NCBI GenBank assembly: GCA_035542855.1
Contig: DATKKM010000062.1
Coordinates: 1-61,873, forward strand
Direction: 5' to 3'
Source of the DNA: Dehalococcoidia bacterium
GTDB taxonomy: Bacteria; Chloroflexota; Dehalococcoidia; SM23-28-2; RBG-16-64-32
DNA length: 61,873 nucleotides
The notes beneath the pieces are model-generated. The model did no database searches and was not told the DNA's origin. It saw only the letters and a program-made list of their open reading frames with translations. Position numbers and translations under genes: made by a program. This document shows, piece by piece, positions 43,134 through 52,198 of the stretch (position 1 is the stretch's first letter; each line of letters begins with the position of its first letter).

Positions 43134-44309
43134 CTACCTAAATCCCCCATGGATCGCGCGCCGGGACACCCGTTTGTATACGCCGATCACCCCTTCCGCC
43201 AGGTTGTCTTCTGAGAAGCGCTCATGCACCAGCTGGTAGCCGGATTCGGCGAGGTGATCGCGCAGTTCGGCGTCGGTGAGAATCTCGCCGACGGACCGCG
43301 CCAGCGCCCCAACGTCCCCCGGGGGAACGACCAGTGCGTGCTCCCTGGGAACGACGGTCTCCGGCACCATGCCAACCGCTGTCGTCACGGAGGGGATGCG
43401 CATCGCCATCGCCTCCAGGAGCGTGTACGGCCCGCCCTCCCAGAGGGACGGCATCACGAAGACGTCCAGCGCAGACAGCAGGCGGGGAATGTCCTTGCGC
43501 TCGCCCGTGAAGATCGTCTGCTGGCCGATCCCCAGCTCGCGCGCTTGCGCTTCCAGGCGCGGGCGGAGATCGCCGTCGCCGACGACGAGGAAGCGAGAAG
43601 CAGGGCAGCTCGCCGCGAGCTGCGCGGCCATCTCCAGGAACTGCGATATGCCCTTGCGCTCCTCCGTCAGCCGGGACACGACCCCAATCAGCGGCGACCC
43701 CGCAGCGACGCCGAGTTCCGCCCTCGCCCCTTCACGGTCACCCGCCGCCGGATCGAAGCGGCCGAGGTCGACGCAGTTGTGGACGGTGAAGAACCGGGCC
43801 GCGTTTCTGCCCAGGTCACGGGTGTGGTACTCGGCGTTCTGGCCTGAGACACAGATCACCGCGTCCAGGCCATGGTCCTTCACGCGCAGCCACAAGCGGT
43901 CCTTCCAGGGCGGCACTTCCTCCAGCGGTTGGTGCTCCGTCCGCACGAAGCACCGGATTCCCGCAGCGCGGCCTGCCAGCATCGGTAGCTCGCCGCGGAA
44001 GGGGCCCGTGAGGTGCAGGTGGAGGGTGCCGCCGCGGTAGTTCTGGAGGAGCCGCTCCAGGTCGCGCAGGCGGCCCACCTTGGCGATGGCGCCCCTGGCG
44101 TCGTCCAGGGCGTGCACCTCGACGCCCTCGGCCTCGCAGGCCTCACGCAGCGGAGCGATGACAGGGTCCGAAGAGCAGATCAGGCTCGTCCTGTAACCGC
44201 GCCGGCGCAGCCCACGCCCCAGGCTGACGATGTGCTGCTCCATCCCGCCCATCATCCAACTGTTGGTGAAGAGGACCACCGGGCCCAGGCCCGGCTCTGC
44301 GTCTGACAC
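43134..44309 (-). CDS. Glycosyltransferase family 4
   Basis: PVVLFTNSWMMGGMEQHIVSL...VFVMPSLWEGGPYTLLEAMAMRIPSVTTAVGMVPE. The ORF-track start (45020) runs antisense through the divergent GT4 gene and is rejected. GTG 44309 (alternatives 44318, 44321) is the likely start. Confidence 0.75.
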   Translation of the reverse strand: MSDAEPGLGPVVLFTNSWMMGGMEQHIVSLGRGLRRRGYRTSLICSSDPVIAPLREACEAEGVEVHALDDARGAIAKVGRLRDLERLLQNYRGGTLHLHLTGPFRGELPMLAGRAAGIRCFVRTEHQPLEEVPPWKDRLWLRVKDHGLDAVICVSGQNAEYHTRDLGRNAARFFTVHNCVDLGRFDPAAGDREGARAELGVAAGSPLIGVVSRLTEERKGISQFLEMAAQLAASCPASRFLVVGDGDLRPRLEAQARELGIGQQTIFTGERKDIPRLLSALDVFVMPSLWEGGPYTLLEAMAMRIPSVTTAVGMVPETVVPREHALVVPPGDVGALARSVGEILTDAELRDHLAESGYQLVHERFSEDNLAEGVIGVYKRVSRRAIHGGFR

Positions 44310-44323
44310 ATCCACCACGATAT

Positions 44324-44348
44324 GGTTGCGACGTTGCCGGACGGTTGA
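44324..44348 (-). promoter_or_regulatory. Three CAAC(C/G) hexamers in the divergent GT4/GT4 intergenic region
   Basis: Sense strand TCAACCgtccgGCAACGtcGCAACC, with 11- and 8-bp spacing. Confidence 0.3.
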
Positions 44349-44456
44349 GCGCCGGTGTAGCTTCCGGGCGCGGGAATGTGGCGCGAACGGGCAGCGGTGC
44401 GCCTCTACCGGCGCGCGACAGCGCTCGCAACCTCCCATATACCATGATGGCTGAAT

Positions 44457-45623
44457 ATGGGAGCTGTTGTGTCTAATCGGCCGCTGCGGGTGCTGTTCTA
44501 CCCGTTCCTCTTCCTTCCTGAGGCCTGGAACGGGATGGACGAGCACATGCGCCTCCTCAGCCGCTACCTTGACCCGGCCCGCTTCGAGCTTCTCGTGATC
44601 GAGCACGAGGGCGACGGGCCGCAGACGCGCACGCTGGCCGAGCGCGCCGGCATCAAGTTGCTCGCAGCGCCGCACTCGCCCGGAGCCGGGGCCGCCGCGA
44701 AGGTGCGCGGCCTGCGGCGCCTCTTCTCGCAAGAGAAGATCGACATCCTCCACATCCACAGCCCCGCGGCCGGCGGCCAGGCCGCCCCGGCTCTCGCCGC
44801 CAGGCTCGCCCGTGTGCGCGCCACGCTGGCGACGTATCACCAGATTCAGTCCCGCACGCTGCCGCGCCGGACGCGGCTGATCAACGGCCTCACCCACCGC
44901 TTCCTCGTCGACGCGACGGTTGCTGTCTCGCGCGATGTCGCCGCGTCGCTGACGCAGCGCACAGGGGTGCCGAGCGGACGTATGCTCGTCGTCCACAACG
45001 GCATCGAGATCGAAGCCCACGCACAGCCGTCTGCGCCACCGCCGGCCGGCGAGGTGCGCCTGGCGTACTTCGGACGGCTGTCAGAGGAGAAGGGGGTCGC
45101 TGACTTGCTGCGTGCGCTCGCTGTTCTGGCGCCCCGCTGCCCGCAGGCGCGCACTTGGATCGCCGGCGAAGGGCCGGAGCGGGCGGACTTGGAGCGCCTC
45201 GCCAGGAAGCTCGACATAACCGGCGTGGTGGAGTTCCTCGGTTTCCGCAGCGACGCGCGGGAGCTGATGGCGCGGGCCGACATCGTCGTCCACGTCCCGC
45301 GCTATGAAGGGTTCGGCCTCGTCCTGCTGGAGGCGATGGCTGAGGGCAAGCCGGTCATCACCAACGACGCGCCTGGCGGGATGTCCGAAGTGGTGGTCGA
45401 CGGCGAGACGGGAATCGTCGTGCCGGCCGGCTCGGAGCGCGATCTCGCCGGCGCGCTGGCCCGGCTGATCGAAGACGGTGACGAGCGGCTTCGCCTGGGG
45501 AAGAACGGGCGCGAGCGGTGTCTCAGCGAGTTCTCAGCTGAAGTGATGGCGCGGCGAACGGCGGAGGTCTACGAGGCGGTGGTCACTCGTCCGCGCCGGC
45601 TCCCGTCCGCTTACCGGCTGTAG
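44457..45623 (+). CDS. Glycosyltransferase family 4
   Basis: LRVLFYPF...DILHIHSP...VVHVPRYEGFGLVLLEAMAEGKPVITNDAPGGMSEVVVDGETGIVV. Confidence 0.85.
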   Translation: MGAVVSNRPLRVLFYPFLFLPEAWNGMDEHMRLLSRYLDPARFELLVIEHEGDGPQTRTLAERAGIKLLAAPHSPGAGAAAKVRGLRRLFSQEKIDILHIHSPAAGGQAAPALAARLARVRATLATYHQIQSRTLPRRTRLINGLTHRFLVDATVAVSRDVAASLTQRTGVPSGRMLVVHNGIEIEAHAQPSAPPPAGEVRLAYFGRLSEEKGVADLLRALAVLAPRCPQARTWIAGEGPERADLERLARKLDITGVVEFLGFRSDARELMARADIVVHVPRYEGFGLVLLEAMAEGKPVITNDAPGGMSEVVVDGETGIVVPAGSERDLAGALARLIEDGDERLRLGKNGRERCLSEFSAEVMARRTAEVYEAVVTRPRRLPSAYRL

Positions 45624-46782
45624 CGGAAGCGGCAGGCACGGCGCCGGCGCCGTTCTGGGCCCTGCGTCCGAACCTGGTCGCCCGGTGGAGGAGAGCGCCC
45701 AGCTTCTCCGTGCGGCGGCCCATCACCAGCAGCGAAGGCAGCGCGCCGCGCGGACCGTCCCACGGCACGAACTGCACCGCGCGCCGCCAGCGCCCCACGC
45801 GCAGCTCCATCACCTCTGACTCGCGCCAGAGGAGCCGGTGGACGACGCTCCGGCCGGACGCGGCGGCCAGGCGCTCCGCCTCCGGCGGCAGCTGCGTGCC
45901 CAGGAGCATGGTCAGCAGGCGCAGCGTGTACCCCAGCGACGACGAAACGCCCTCGCGCTCTGCCGTCTCCAGGAGCCAGGGCCAGTCCAGATCGGGGCCG
46001 CGCAGGCGCAGGATCAGGTCGATGTCCTTGAACCAGAACAGCCCGCCGAACCCGTGCCGGCTGAGGTGGACGCAGAGGAAGAGGAAGAGATCGTTGAGGG
46101 CAAGGACGCGCGTCTCGTGCCCCTCCAACGTCCAGGCCTCCGCGCGTTGCCAGACATCGCTCAGGAACCGCGGCTTCACCCCGATCTGGAAGTGATCGTA
46201 GTGCACGTCCAGTGAGATGTGCGTCTCTGAGTGGGTGAACGCCGTCTCATATGGCCACTCGCAGGTGCCGTGGTTTGCCGCTTCCAGCCCGCCGTGGTCT
46301 TCGGCCACCCTGTAGCCCAGGTCTGCGCACACTTCCATCGCCCGGGAGTGGGTTTCGATTGGCAGAAGCAGATCAATATCGCCGTAAGGGCGGAGCGCCG
46401 GGTCCGGGTAGAAGCGGTTGGCTATCGCCGGGCCTTTCAAGAGGACGCTGGGGACATCGTGGGCGCTGAGCGCCTTCTGGACGCGGACCAGCTCCCCGCT
46501 AAGCATCAGCCCCTGGAAGGCGGCGCGCATGGCGTTGTTGCGGATGACGCCCAGCGTCTTTGCCGGAACCGCTTCGCTCAACCCAGAGGCGGCGATGCTC
46601 TGCAGAACCCAGCCGGACATGCGGTGCTGGACGCAGTGGAAGGCCACCTTGTCCCAGTCCCGCACCGCCGACGCCGCCGCGGCCAGGCAGCCGTTTGCCG
46701 CCGGCCGCTCTCCCCGGACGGCGAGGGTGACGAACGCCGCTTCCGGTGACTGCCGCGAGGTGAAAGGTGACCGCATCTTCAT
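45583..46782 (-). CDS. NTP_transf_5-type 'uncharacterised nucleotidyltransferase' (lasso/RiPP-associated)
   Basis: YGDIDLLLPIETHSRAMEVCADLGYRV, and a position at the end of the lasso operon. Its 3' end overlaps the convergent GT4 gene by 41 nt. Confidence 0.65.
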   Translation of the reverse strand: MKMRSPFTSRQSPEAAFVTLAVRGERPAANGCLAAAASAVRDWDKVAFHCVQHRMSGWVLQSIAASGLSEAVPAKTLGVIRNNAMRAAFQGLMLSGELVRVQKALSAHDVPSVLLKGPAIANRFYPDPALRPYGDIDLLLPIETHSRAMEVCADLGYRVAEDHGGLEAANHGTCEWPYETAFTHSETHISLDVHYDHFQIGVKPRFLSDVWQRAEAWTLEGHETRVLALNDLFLFLCVHLSRHGFGGLFWFKDIDLILRLRGPDLDWPWLLETAEREGVSSSLGYTLRLLTMLLGTQLPPEAERLAAASGRSVVHRLLWRESEVMELRVGRWRRAVQFVPWDGPRGALPSLLVMGRRTEKLGALLHRATRFGRRAQNGAGAVPAASATAGKRTGAGADE

Positions 46783-46788
46783 CGAACC

Positions 46789-47595
46789 CTAGTAGTGCGA
46801 AAGCGACCCGTTGGCCTTGGCGGAACGGACGGCCAGCTCGAACACGAGCAGGCTGATAGGCAGAAGCAGGGCGAATCCGGCCAGCACCGCGATATCGCCT
46901 GCCGTCGCGGAGTTGCTGCTGCCGTCCGCCAGGAGCGCATCCCGCAGCGCGGACATGGTGTGTGTTAGCGGCAGCAGCGGCGAGATCTTCTCCAGCCAGC
47001 CCGGCAGAAGTGATGTTGGGTAGAGCACGCCGCTCACCAGCACCGATGACGTGATCAGGAACGGACTGATCGGGTCGGACTGCTTGAAGCGCAGCACGAA
47101 AGACCCGGCGAGGATGCCGAGGCCGCCGAAGATGGCCACGGTAAGCGCCAGCACCACGATGGCGGTAAAGATGCCGCCTGCACGCAAATCGACGCCCAGC
47201 AACAGCCCGCCGACAACCAGCGAGACGGCCAGCCGGATAGCCGCGAAGGTCAGGCCGTACAGCGATGAACCGAAGAGGAACATGGCGCTGGACGTGCGGG
47301 ACTTGAGCATCACCTCCAGTGTCCCGGTGACCTGGGCGCCGCGGATGGATGATGTGAACTGGCCGGCCGCCGTTTGCGCAAAGAGCAGTGCAGACGCCCC
47401 GATCAGCGCGAAGCCGAAGTAGTCGTTGCCGTAGGCGGCCAGCGAGTCCGGCTGGCCCTGGTCAACCAGTTTGCCGACGAAGTTCAATGTGATCAGGCTG
47501 AAAACCAGCATCACGATCGTCTGGATGAAGCTCAGCCGGTAGCTCAGGGCGATCCGGAAGTCCCGCTGCAGGAAGGCCACGGACTTGGCGATCAT
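46789..47595 (-). CDS. ABC-2-type transporter permease
   Basis: Six predicted TM helices, ABC-2 layout, ATGA-type overlap with the ATPase gene. Confidence 0.75.
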   Translation of the reverse strand: MIAKSVAFLQRDFRIALSYRLSFIQTIVMLVFSLITLNFVGKLVDQGQPDSLAAYGNDYFGFALIGASALLFAQTAAGQFTSSIRGAQVTGTLEVMLKSRTSSAMFLFGSSLYGLTFAAIRLAVSLVVGGLLLGVDLRAGGIFTAIVVLALTVAIFGGLGILAGSFVLRFKQSDPISPFLITSSVLVSGVLYPTSLLPGWLEKISPLLPLTHTMSALRDALLADGSSNSATAGDIAVLAGFALLLPISLLVFELAVRSAKANGSLSHY

Positions 47596-48599
47596 ACGGT
47601 CACCTCCCGTGACGTCAGGCGGTCAACCAGCTCCTTGAGCGGCGCCGCCCGGGAGAAGGCGCGGATGGTGACGCCCGCCGCCGTAATCGCCGTGATCAGC
47701 TCCGGCAGGGACATCTCTTCGTTGTCGCACCAGACTTCCAGCTCGTGGTGGCCGTTGGCCCGGCTCAGCGTGGCGTCGCGTACGCCCGGCAGCTCCCGCA
47801 GTCTCGGCAGCTCCAGTGCGCTCGCGTCATCGATGACGATGGTCAGTCCGCGCAGGCCATGCATCGCCTGCTGCAGGTCTGACGTTCTCAGCTCGGCCTG
47901 GATCTTGCCCTGCACCAACACAGCGGTACGATCACAAACAGCCTCCGCTTCCTCGGCGCGGTGAGTGACCAGGATGATCGTCATCCCGTGCTCCGTGGAG
48001 AGGCTCCGGACCAGTGACCAGATCACGCGGCTCTCCGTCGGGTCCACGCTGCGTGTCGGCTCGTCGAGCAACAGCAGTTGCACTCGGGACAGGAGCGCGC
48101 GGGCCAGCGCGAACCGCTGGCGGACGCCGGCAGAGTACGTGGCGAACGGCTGCTCGATATAGCCGCCGAGGCCGAGGCGTTCGCTCAGCTCATCGATGCG
48201 GCTGCGGGCCGCGCGGCCGTGCAGGTCGTCCAGGGCGGCGAAGAACTCCAGGTTCTCGCGCCCGGTGAGGCGCCAGTAGAAGCTGCGGTCATCGGTGAAG
48301 GAATAGGCGGTCATCGAGCGCACGCGTCCACCGGCCCGGGTCACGTCCTGCCCGCAGACCCTCGCCACGCCGGAATCCGGCTGCACGAGTCCGGCCAGCA
48401 CCTTGAGCAGCGTCGTCTTGCCGACGCCGTTCGATCCGAGCACTCCGACAACCTCGCCCGGTTCCACGGCCAGGGAAACGCCGTCAAGCACGCGCTTCGT
48501 CGGCCGCTTGCCCCGGTTGCGGATCATCTGGCGCAGCGACGTGTTCAGGGGATATTCCTTGATGACGTCGCAGACTTCAACGATTGACATCACACACAC
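47592..48599 (-). CDS. ABC transporter ATP-binding protein
   Basis: Walker A GSNGVGKTT, signature YSAGVRQR, Walker B LLLLDEP, plus a C-terminal extension. Confidence 0.9.
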   Translation of the reverse strand: MCVMSIVEVCDVIKEYPLNTSLRQMIRNRGKRPTKRVLDGVSLAVEPGEVVGVLGSNGVGKTTLLKVLAGLVQPDSGVARVCGQDVTRAGGRVRSMTAYSFTDDRSFYWRLTGRENLEFFAALDDLHGRAARSRIDELSERLGLGGYIEQPFATYSAGVRQRFALARALLSRVQLLLLDEPTRSVDPTESRVIWSLVRSLSTEHGMTIILVTHRAEEAEAVCDRTAVLVQGKIQAELRTSDLQQAMHGLRGLTIVIDDASALELPRLRELPGVRDATLSRANGHHELEVWCDNEEMSLPELITAITAAGVTIRAFSRAAPLKELVDRLTSREVTV

Positions 48600-49592
48600 T
48601 CAAACTGCCGAAGCTGCCGGCGCACCGGCGAGAATGGCGCCCGTCAGCTCACCCAGCCGGTCCAGGGACCGCGGCGCCAGGACGGCGTTGACCTGCGTTT
48701 GTTCGACAATGCGAGAGAAGACTTCCATCTGGCGGCCCTGCAACTCCGGCTCGCGCGCCAGCTGGCGGGCGTTGTAGGAGTTGCCAATGAGGCGCAGCAG
48801 CGCCTCGGGGCCGGTGAGCCGCTTCACTTCAACGTCGCGCTCTGGAAGCGCGGGAAGCAGGACGCTGATCGAGGCCAGCGGCGCCGGCTCGTCGTACGTG
48901 CCGCCGAGGTCGTGCGCCGTCACCACGCGCTTCTCCAGCCAGGAGGCCAGGCGCGGAGACTTCTCCCACTCCGTGCCGGGGTACAGGCGGCTGAGCGTCT
49001 CCGGGACCAGCTTCATGGTGGCCGGGCCAGGGAGCACGGTCACCTCCGGCCCGCTGGCGTCCAGTGCGATGCACCCGTCAGTTAGCAGCTTGCAGCCGCG
49101 CGCCATGAGGGCTGCTGCGGTGGTCGACTTGCCGAAAGTGGATGGCGCGACAAGAGCGTAAGCCTTGCCTTCGTGGACGACAGCGCTGCCGTGCAGGCAG
49201 ACCAGCCCCTGCAGCTGCAGCGCGAACCCCAGGACGGGTCCCGCCGCGGCGGCGGCGATGTCGGCCAGGTTCTCGCTTTCCGGCGCCCAGTAGATGCGGG
49301 CGCCGTCCGGTGGCACCAGGTAGTTGGCCAGGCCGGGATAGTGCCAGTGGTAGCGGTCGCCGTCCCACTTCAGGGAACAGACCAGCTGGCCGGCGTGGTC
49401 CAGTGCGTCGTACACGGTGCGGGCGTCATCGGCCGGCTCGGGCCGGCGGGACATGCGGACGACGATTGACGCCTCGCTCTTCTTCACCTCGCTGGAGGGC
49501 AGGAAGAGAGAGAGGCGGAGGTCGCTCACGACGTTCCTGCCAAAGACTCGGTATTGGTGACGTGAAACTCGTCTAGCGGTGCGCAATCTCAT
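48600..49592 (-). CDS. HPr-kinase/phosphorylase-like protein (lasso-peptide kinase family)
   Basis: CLHGSAVVHEGKAYALVAPSTFGKSTTAAALMARGCKLLTDGCIAL (HprK C-terminal P-loop block). Located directly downstream of the precursor ORF. Confidence 0.7.
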   Translation of the reverse strand: MRLRTARRVSRHQYRVFGRNVVSDLRLSLFLPSSEVKKSEASIVVRMSRRPEPADDARTVYDALDHAGQLVCSLKWDGDRYHWHYPGLANYLVPPDGARIYWAPESENLADIAAAAAGPVLGFALQLQGLVCLHGSAVVHEGKAYALVAPSTFGKSTTAAALMARGCKLLTDGCIALDASGPEVTVLPGPATMKLVPETLSRLYPGTEWEKSPRLASWLEKRVVTAHDLGGTYDEPAPLASISVLLPALPERDVEVKRLTGPEALLRLIGNSYNARQLAREPELQGRQMEVFSRIVEQTQVNAVLAPRSLDRLGELTGAILAGAPAASAV

Positions 49593-49665
49593 TCACCCAT
49601 CTCTTTGCCGGGCCGGGCTTCGCGTAAGAAGTGTGTCCCGCGGCCACAAAACTAGGGTAGGAAGA

Positions 49666-49833
49666 CTATTCGCCGCTCAGGTTGCCGGGCGGCGGCGTGC
49701 CGCCGCTGTCCTTGAAGACGACCAGGTAGTCGGCTGGGCCGTGCTCCTTGTTGAAGTCAAAGCCCGCCGTAACCGCCCGAATGTCACCGTATGCCTGCAG
49801 AGCAGGCTTCTGGTATGGCCTTTTCTCTCCCAT
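49666..49833 (-). CDS. Lasso-peptide precursor (55 aa), not in the ORF track
   Basis: Hand translation: MGEKRPYQKPALQAYGDIRAVTAGFDFNKEHGPADYLVVFKDSGGTPPPGNLSGE*. AAGGGGGG lies 8 nt upstream. Leader has YxxPxL...T(-2). Core starts with Gly1 and has Glu7. It sits in the 255-bp gap between the cyclase and kinase genes. Confidence 0.8.
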   Translation of the reverse strand: MGEKRPYQKPALQAYGDIRAVTAGFDFNKEHGPADYLVVFKDSGGTPPPGNLSGE

Positions 49834-49847
49834 ATACACATCCCCCC

Positions 49848-51743
49848 TTACGTTTGTTTTAGTCGGTCAACCGTGTGACCGCGGGACACCGAATTTAAGT
49901 CCAGCCACAGGCCTGCGGTGATCGCCCGCCAGAGCCCATGCCACCACGGGTGGCGACGTGACTGGTAGTCTGCCAGCTCCCCGTTCAGGAGCCGGTTGTT
50001 GATGTACGGGAGCTGGCTCAACGGGCCCGTGAGCGCTCTGTCCACGCGGCCCCGTTCCTTTTCCAGCAGACCCTTGTTCATAAGCTGATTGAATACGCCG
50101 TATCCCCTGCGCATAGTCACCAGTTCCGGCAGGCGGGATTTCATCGCCGCCCGCATCAGAGCCTTGGTCTGGCCGGCGTCGCGGTGCACCCAGTCCGGCA
50201 CGCGGTGCACGGCGTCTATCACGCGCAGGTCCCACAGCGGAGACCGTATTTCCAGGCCGAACTGCGATCCGGCCCACCGTTCCCGCCAACCGGCCAGGGG
50301 AACCATATCCCGCATGTGCATCCGCCAGAACCGGCGATAGGCGCGTCCGCGGGCCCAGGACACCGCTGGCAGGGGCAGATCCAGCGCGCCCTCCAATCCC
50401 AGTTGCTTCATGGCGGCCGGATCCACCCAGCACGGTAGCGGCTGCAAGGAAGGCCGGCCCCGCACCCTGCGGTACTGCTCTCTGATGCTGCTGGGTACAA
50501 GCGGCAGGACGGCGTTGTTCATGAGCAGCGCACCCAGCGGGTAATCGAAGCGCCGGCTCCAGGCCTTTGCCTCGTTCAGGGCGCGGACAAAGTGCCCACG
50601 GGTGAGGAGCACTGCGATGTAAGCGTTTGTGCCGGTGAAGAATTCATCTCCCCCGGCGCCATCAATGAGAACGTCCACGCCCTCTGCGGCCCCTGCCCGC
50701 GCCAACTCCACCATCAGCGGCGCCTGCATAGGCACGTTTGGCTGATCAAAGGCTTCGTCGGCCAGCCTTGCTGAGCTGAGGCTCCAGCATTCGTCCGCAT
50801 CCACTTCGGTGACCGGCATGCCGAGCCGGCCGGCCACGGCCCTGCTGTACTCGCGTTCATCCAGCCCGTCGAGTGTGGCCGAGTAAGCGCTCAAGGCTCG
50901 CACGTCCGGGCTGAGTTCGGCCGCCACCGATGCGACGTAGGAGGAGTCCAGGCCGCCGCTGAGAAGAATGGCGGCCCCGGAGTTCGAACGGAGCACAGCC
51001 GCGACGGCTTCCTGGAACGCGGCGTCTACCGCCTCCACGTAGTCTTCGCGCCGCTTGAGCTTGAGCTCCGGCAGCGGGCGCGGCCGCCAGTATTCGCGGA
51101 CCGTGATTCCGTCTTCGTCCGCCAGCAGGTAGTGAGCCGGTGGCACCTCGGACACAGCGCGGTAAGGCGTCGAGCCGGGCTTCGGCGGGGCGCCGGTGAG
51201 GTGACGGGCCAGGAACTCCTGGTCGATTTCGTCGCGAATGCCTGCCGCCAGCAGCTGACGCGGCTCCGAACCGATGGCCAGCCCACCGGCTGTGCGCGCA
51301 AAGACCAGGGTGCGGAATCCCTGCTGGTCGCGCGCGGCGAAGAGCCGCCGCCTGGGTCCGTCCCACAGGGCGAAAGCGAAGTTGCCGAGCATGTGCTCAA
51401 GGCAATTGACGCCCCACCTGTCGTATGCGTGCACGATGAGGTCCGCGTCCGTCAGGACCGGCACGTCCGGGTTGTGCAGGGCCAGCTTGTTGATCAGGTC
51501 CCGGCGGTTGTCGATGCGCCCATCAAGCGCGATCTGATAGCGGCCGCCGAGCGTGATGAGGGGCAGCCCTTCGGAGCGGGCTTCCGGCGTCGTGGGCAGC
51601 AGCCGCTGGCCCAGCGCGATTTCGGCGCCTGTCCAGGTGCTGACGATCGGCCCGCGGCGCTCGATCTTGTCGAGCAGGATCTGGAGGACGTCCTTCAGGG
51701 CGTCCGGCGAAAGGCGGCCGCTGACGGCGGCGATCCCGCTCAT
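49848..51743 (-). CDS. Lasso-peptide cyclase (asparagine synthetase B-like, C protein)
   Basis: 631 aa. N-terminal Ntn-like domain, PP-loop AILLSGGLDSSYVA. ATGA overlap with B2. Confidence 0.85.
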   Translation of the reverse strand: MSGIAAVSGRLSPDALKDVLQILLDKIERRGPIVSTWTGAEIALGQRLLPTTPEARSEGLPLITLGGRYQIALDGRIDNRRDLINKLALHNPDVPVLTDADLIVHAYDRWGVNCLEHMLGNFAFALWDGPRRRLFAARDQQGFRTLVFARTAGGLAIGSEPRQLLAAGIRDEIDQEFLARHLTGAPPKPGSTPYRAVSEVPPAHYLLADEDGITVREYWRPRPLPELKLKRREDYVEAVDAAFQEAVAAVLRSNSGAAILLSGGLDSSYVASVAAELSPDVRALSAYSATLDGLDEREYSRAVAGRLGMPVTEVDADECWSLSSARLADEAFDQPNVPMQAPLMVELARAGAAEGVDVLIDGAGGDEFFTGTNAYIAVLLTRGHFVRALNEAKAWSRRFDYPLGALLMNNAVLPLVPSSIREQYRRVRGRPSLQPLPCWVDPAAMKQLGLEGALDLPLPAVSWARGRAYRRFWRMHMRDMVPLAGWRERWAGSQFGLEIRSPLWDLRVIDAVHRVPDWVHRDAGQTKALMRAAMKSRLPELVTMRRGYGVFNQLMNKGLLEKERGRVDRALTGPLSQLPYINNRLLNGELADYQSRRHPWWHGLWRAITAGLWLDLNSVSRGHTVDRLKQT

Positions 51744-52198
51744 GCTGCGTCCTCCGCCATGACTGCGGCGTCCGGGAGGCGCTCCGTGCCCTGGAGCACA
51801 GTGAAGACGGCGCAGCGGTCTCGCGAATCGTTGACGGGTTCGCCGGCGATCTCGATCCAGGCGTGGGCCTGGATGCCCTGTTCGCCGTTGCGAACGCCGA
51901 AGCGCAGGCGGCTGTTCATTCCCCTGCGGCGCAGCATCCAGCTGAGAGCCAGAGAGCGCTGCAGGCAGCGGGCCTTGCGCGGAAGCCGCCTGGCAACCGC
52001 GCCAACGTCTCGCGCCAGCAGGTACGCCTGCTGAATGTCTTCTGGCTTGCCAGTGTCGCGGGCTAGCGCGTGGTCTGTCCAGCGCCGCAAGAGAACGCGC
52101 TTGGGCAGCGCGAAGCCGGCAGCCACCAGGCAGAGGCAGATGGCAGCTTCCAGTTTGGCGCGCAATCGCGCCGGGCGGCGCAGTTTAATGAGCCCCAC
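51740..52198 (-). CDS. Lasso-peptide leader peptidase B2 (transglutaminase-like Cys protease)
   Basis: CLQRSLALSWMLRRRGMNSRLRFGV....GIQAHAWIEIAGEPVND (Cys/His catalytic blocks). GTG 52198 overlaps the B1 3' end by 14 nt. Alternative start: 52261. Confidence 0.8.
   Translation of the reverse strand: MGLIKLRRPARLRAKLEAAICLCLVAAGFALPKRVLLRRWTDHALARDTGKPEDIQQAYLLARDVGAVARRLPRKARCLQRSLALSWMLRRRGMNSRLRFGVRNGEQGIQAHAWIEIAGEPVNDSRDRCAVFTVLQGTERLPDAAVMAEDAA

Noticed and set aside
44310-45020. N-terminal ~235 aa of the ORF-track 628-aa minus-strand ORF (43134-45020).
   Set aside because: This part runs antisense through the well-supported divergent GT4 gene (44457-45623) and is Arg-rich nonsense. The GT4 fold begins at PVVLFTNS, so the start was moved to about 44309.
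49579-49878. 99-aa plus-strand ORF covering the gap between the cyclase and the kinase.
   Set aside because: It has no motifs and Arg/Val-rich composition, and it lies antisense to the well-formed lasso precursor ORF, which has an RBS and the leader motif.
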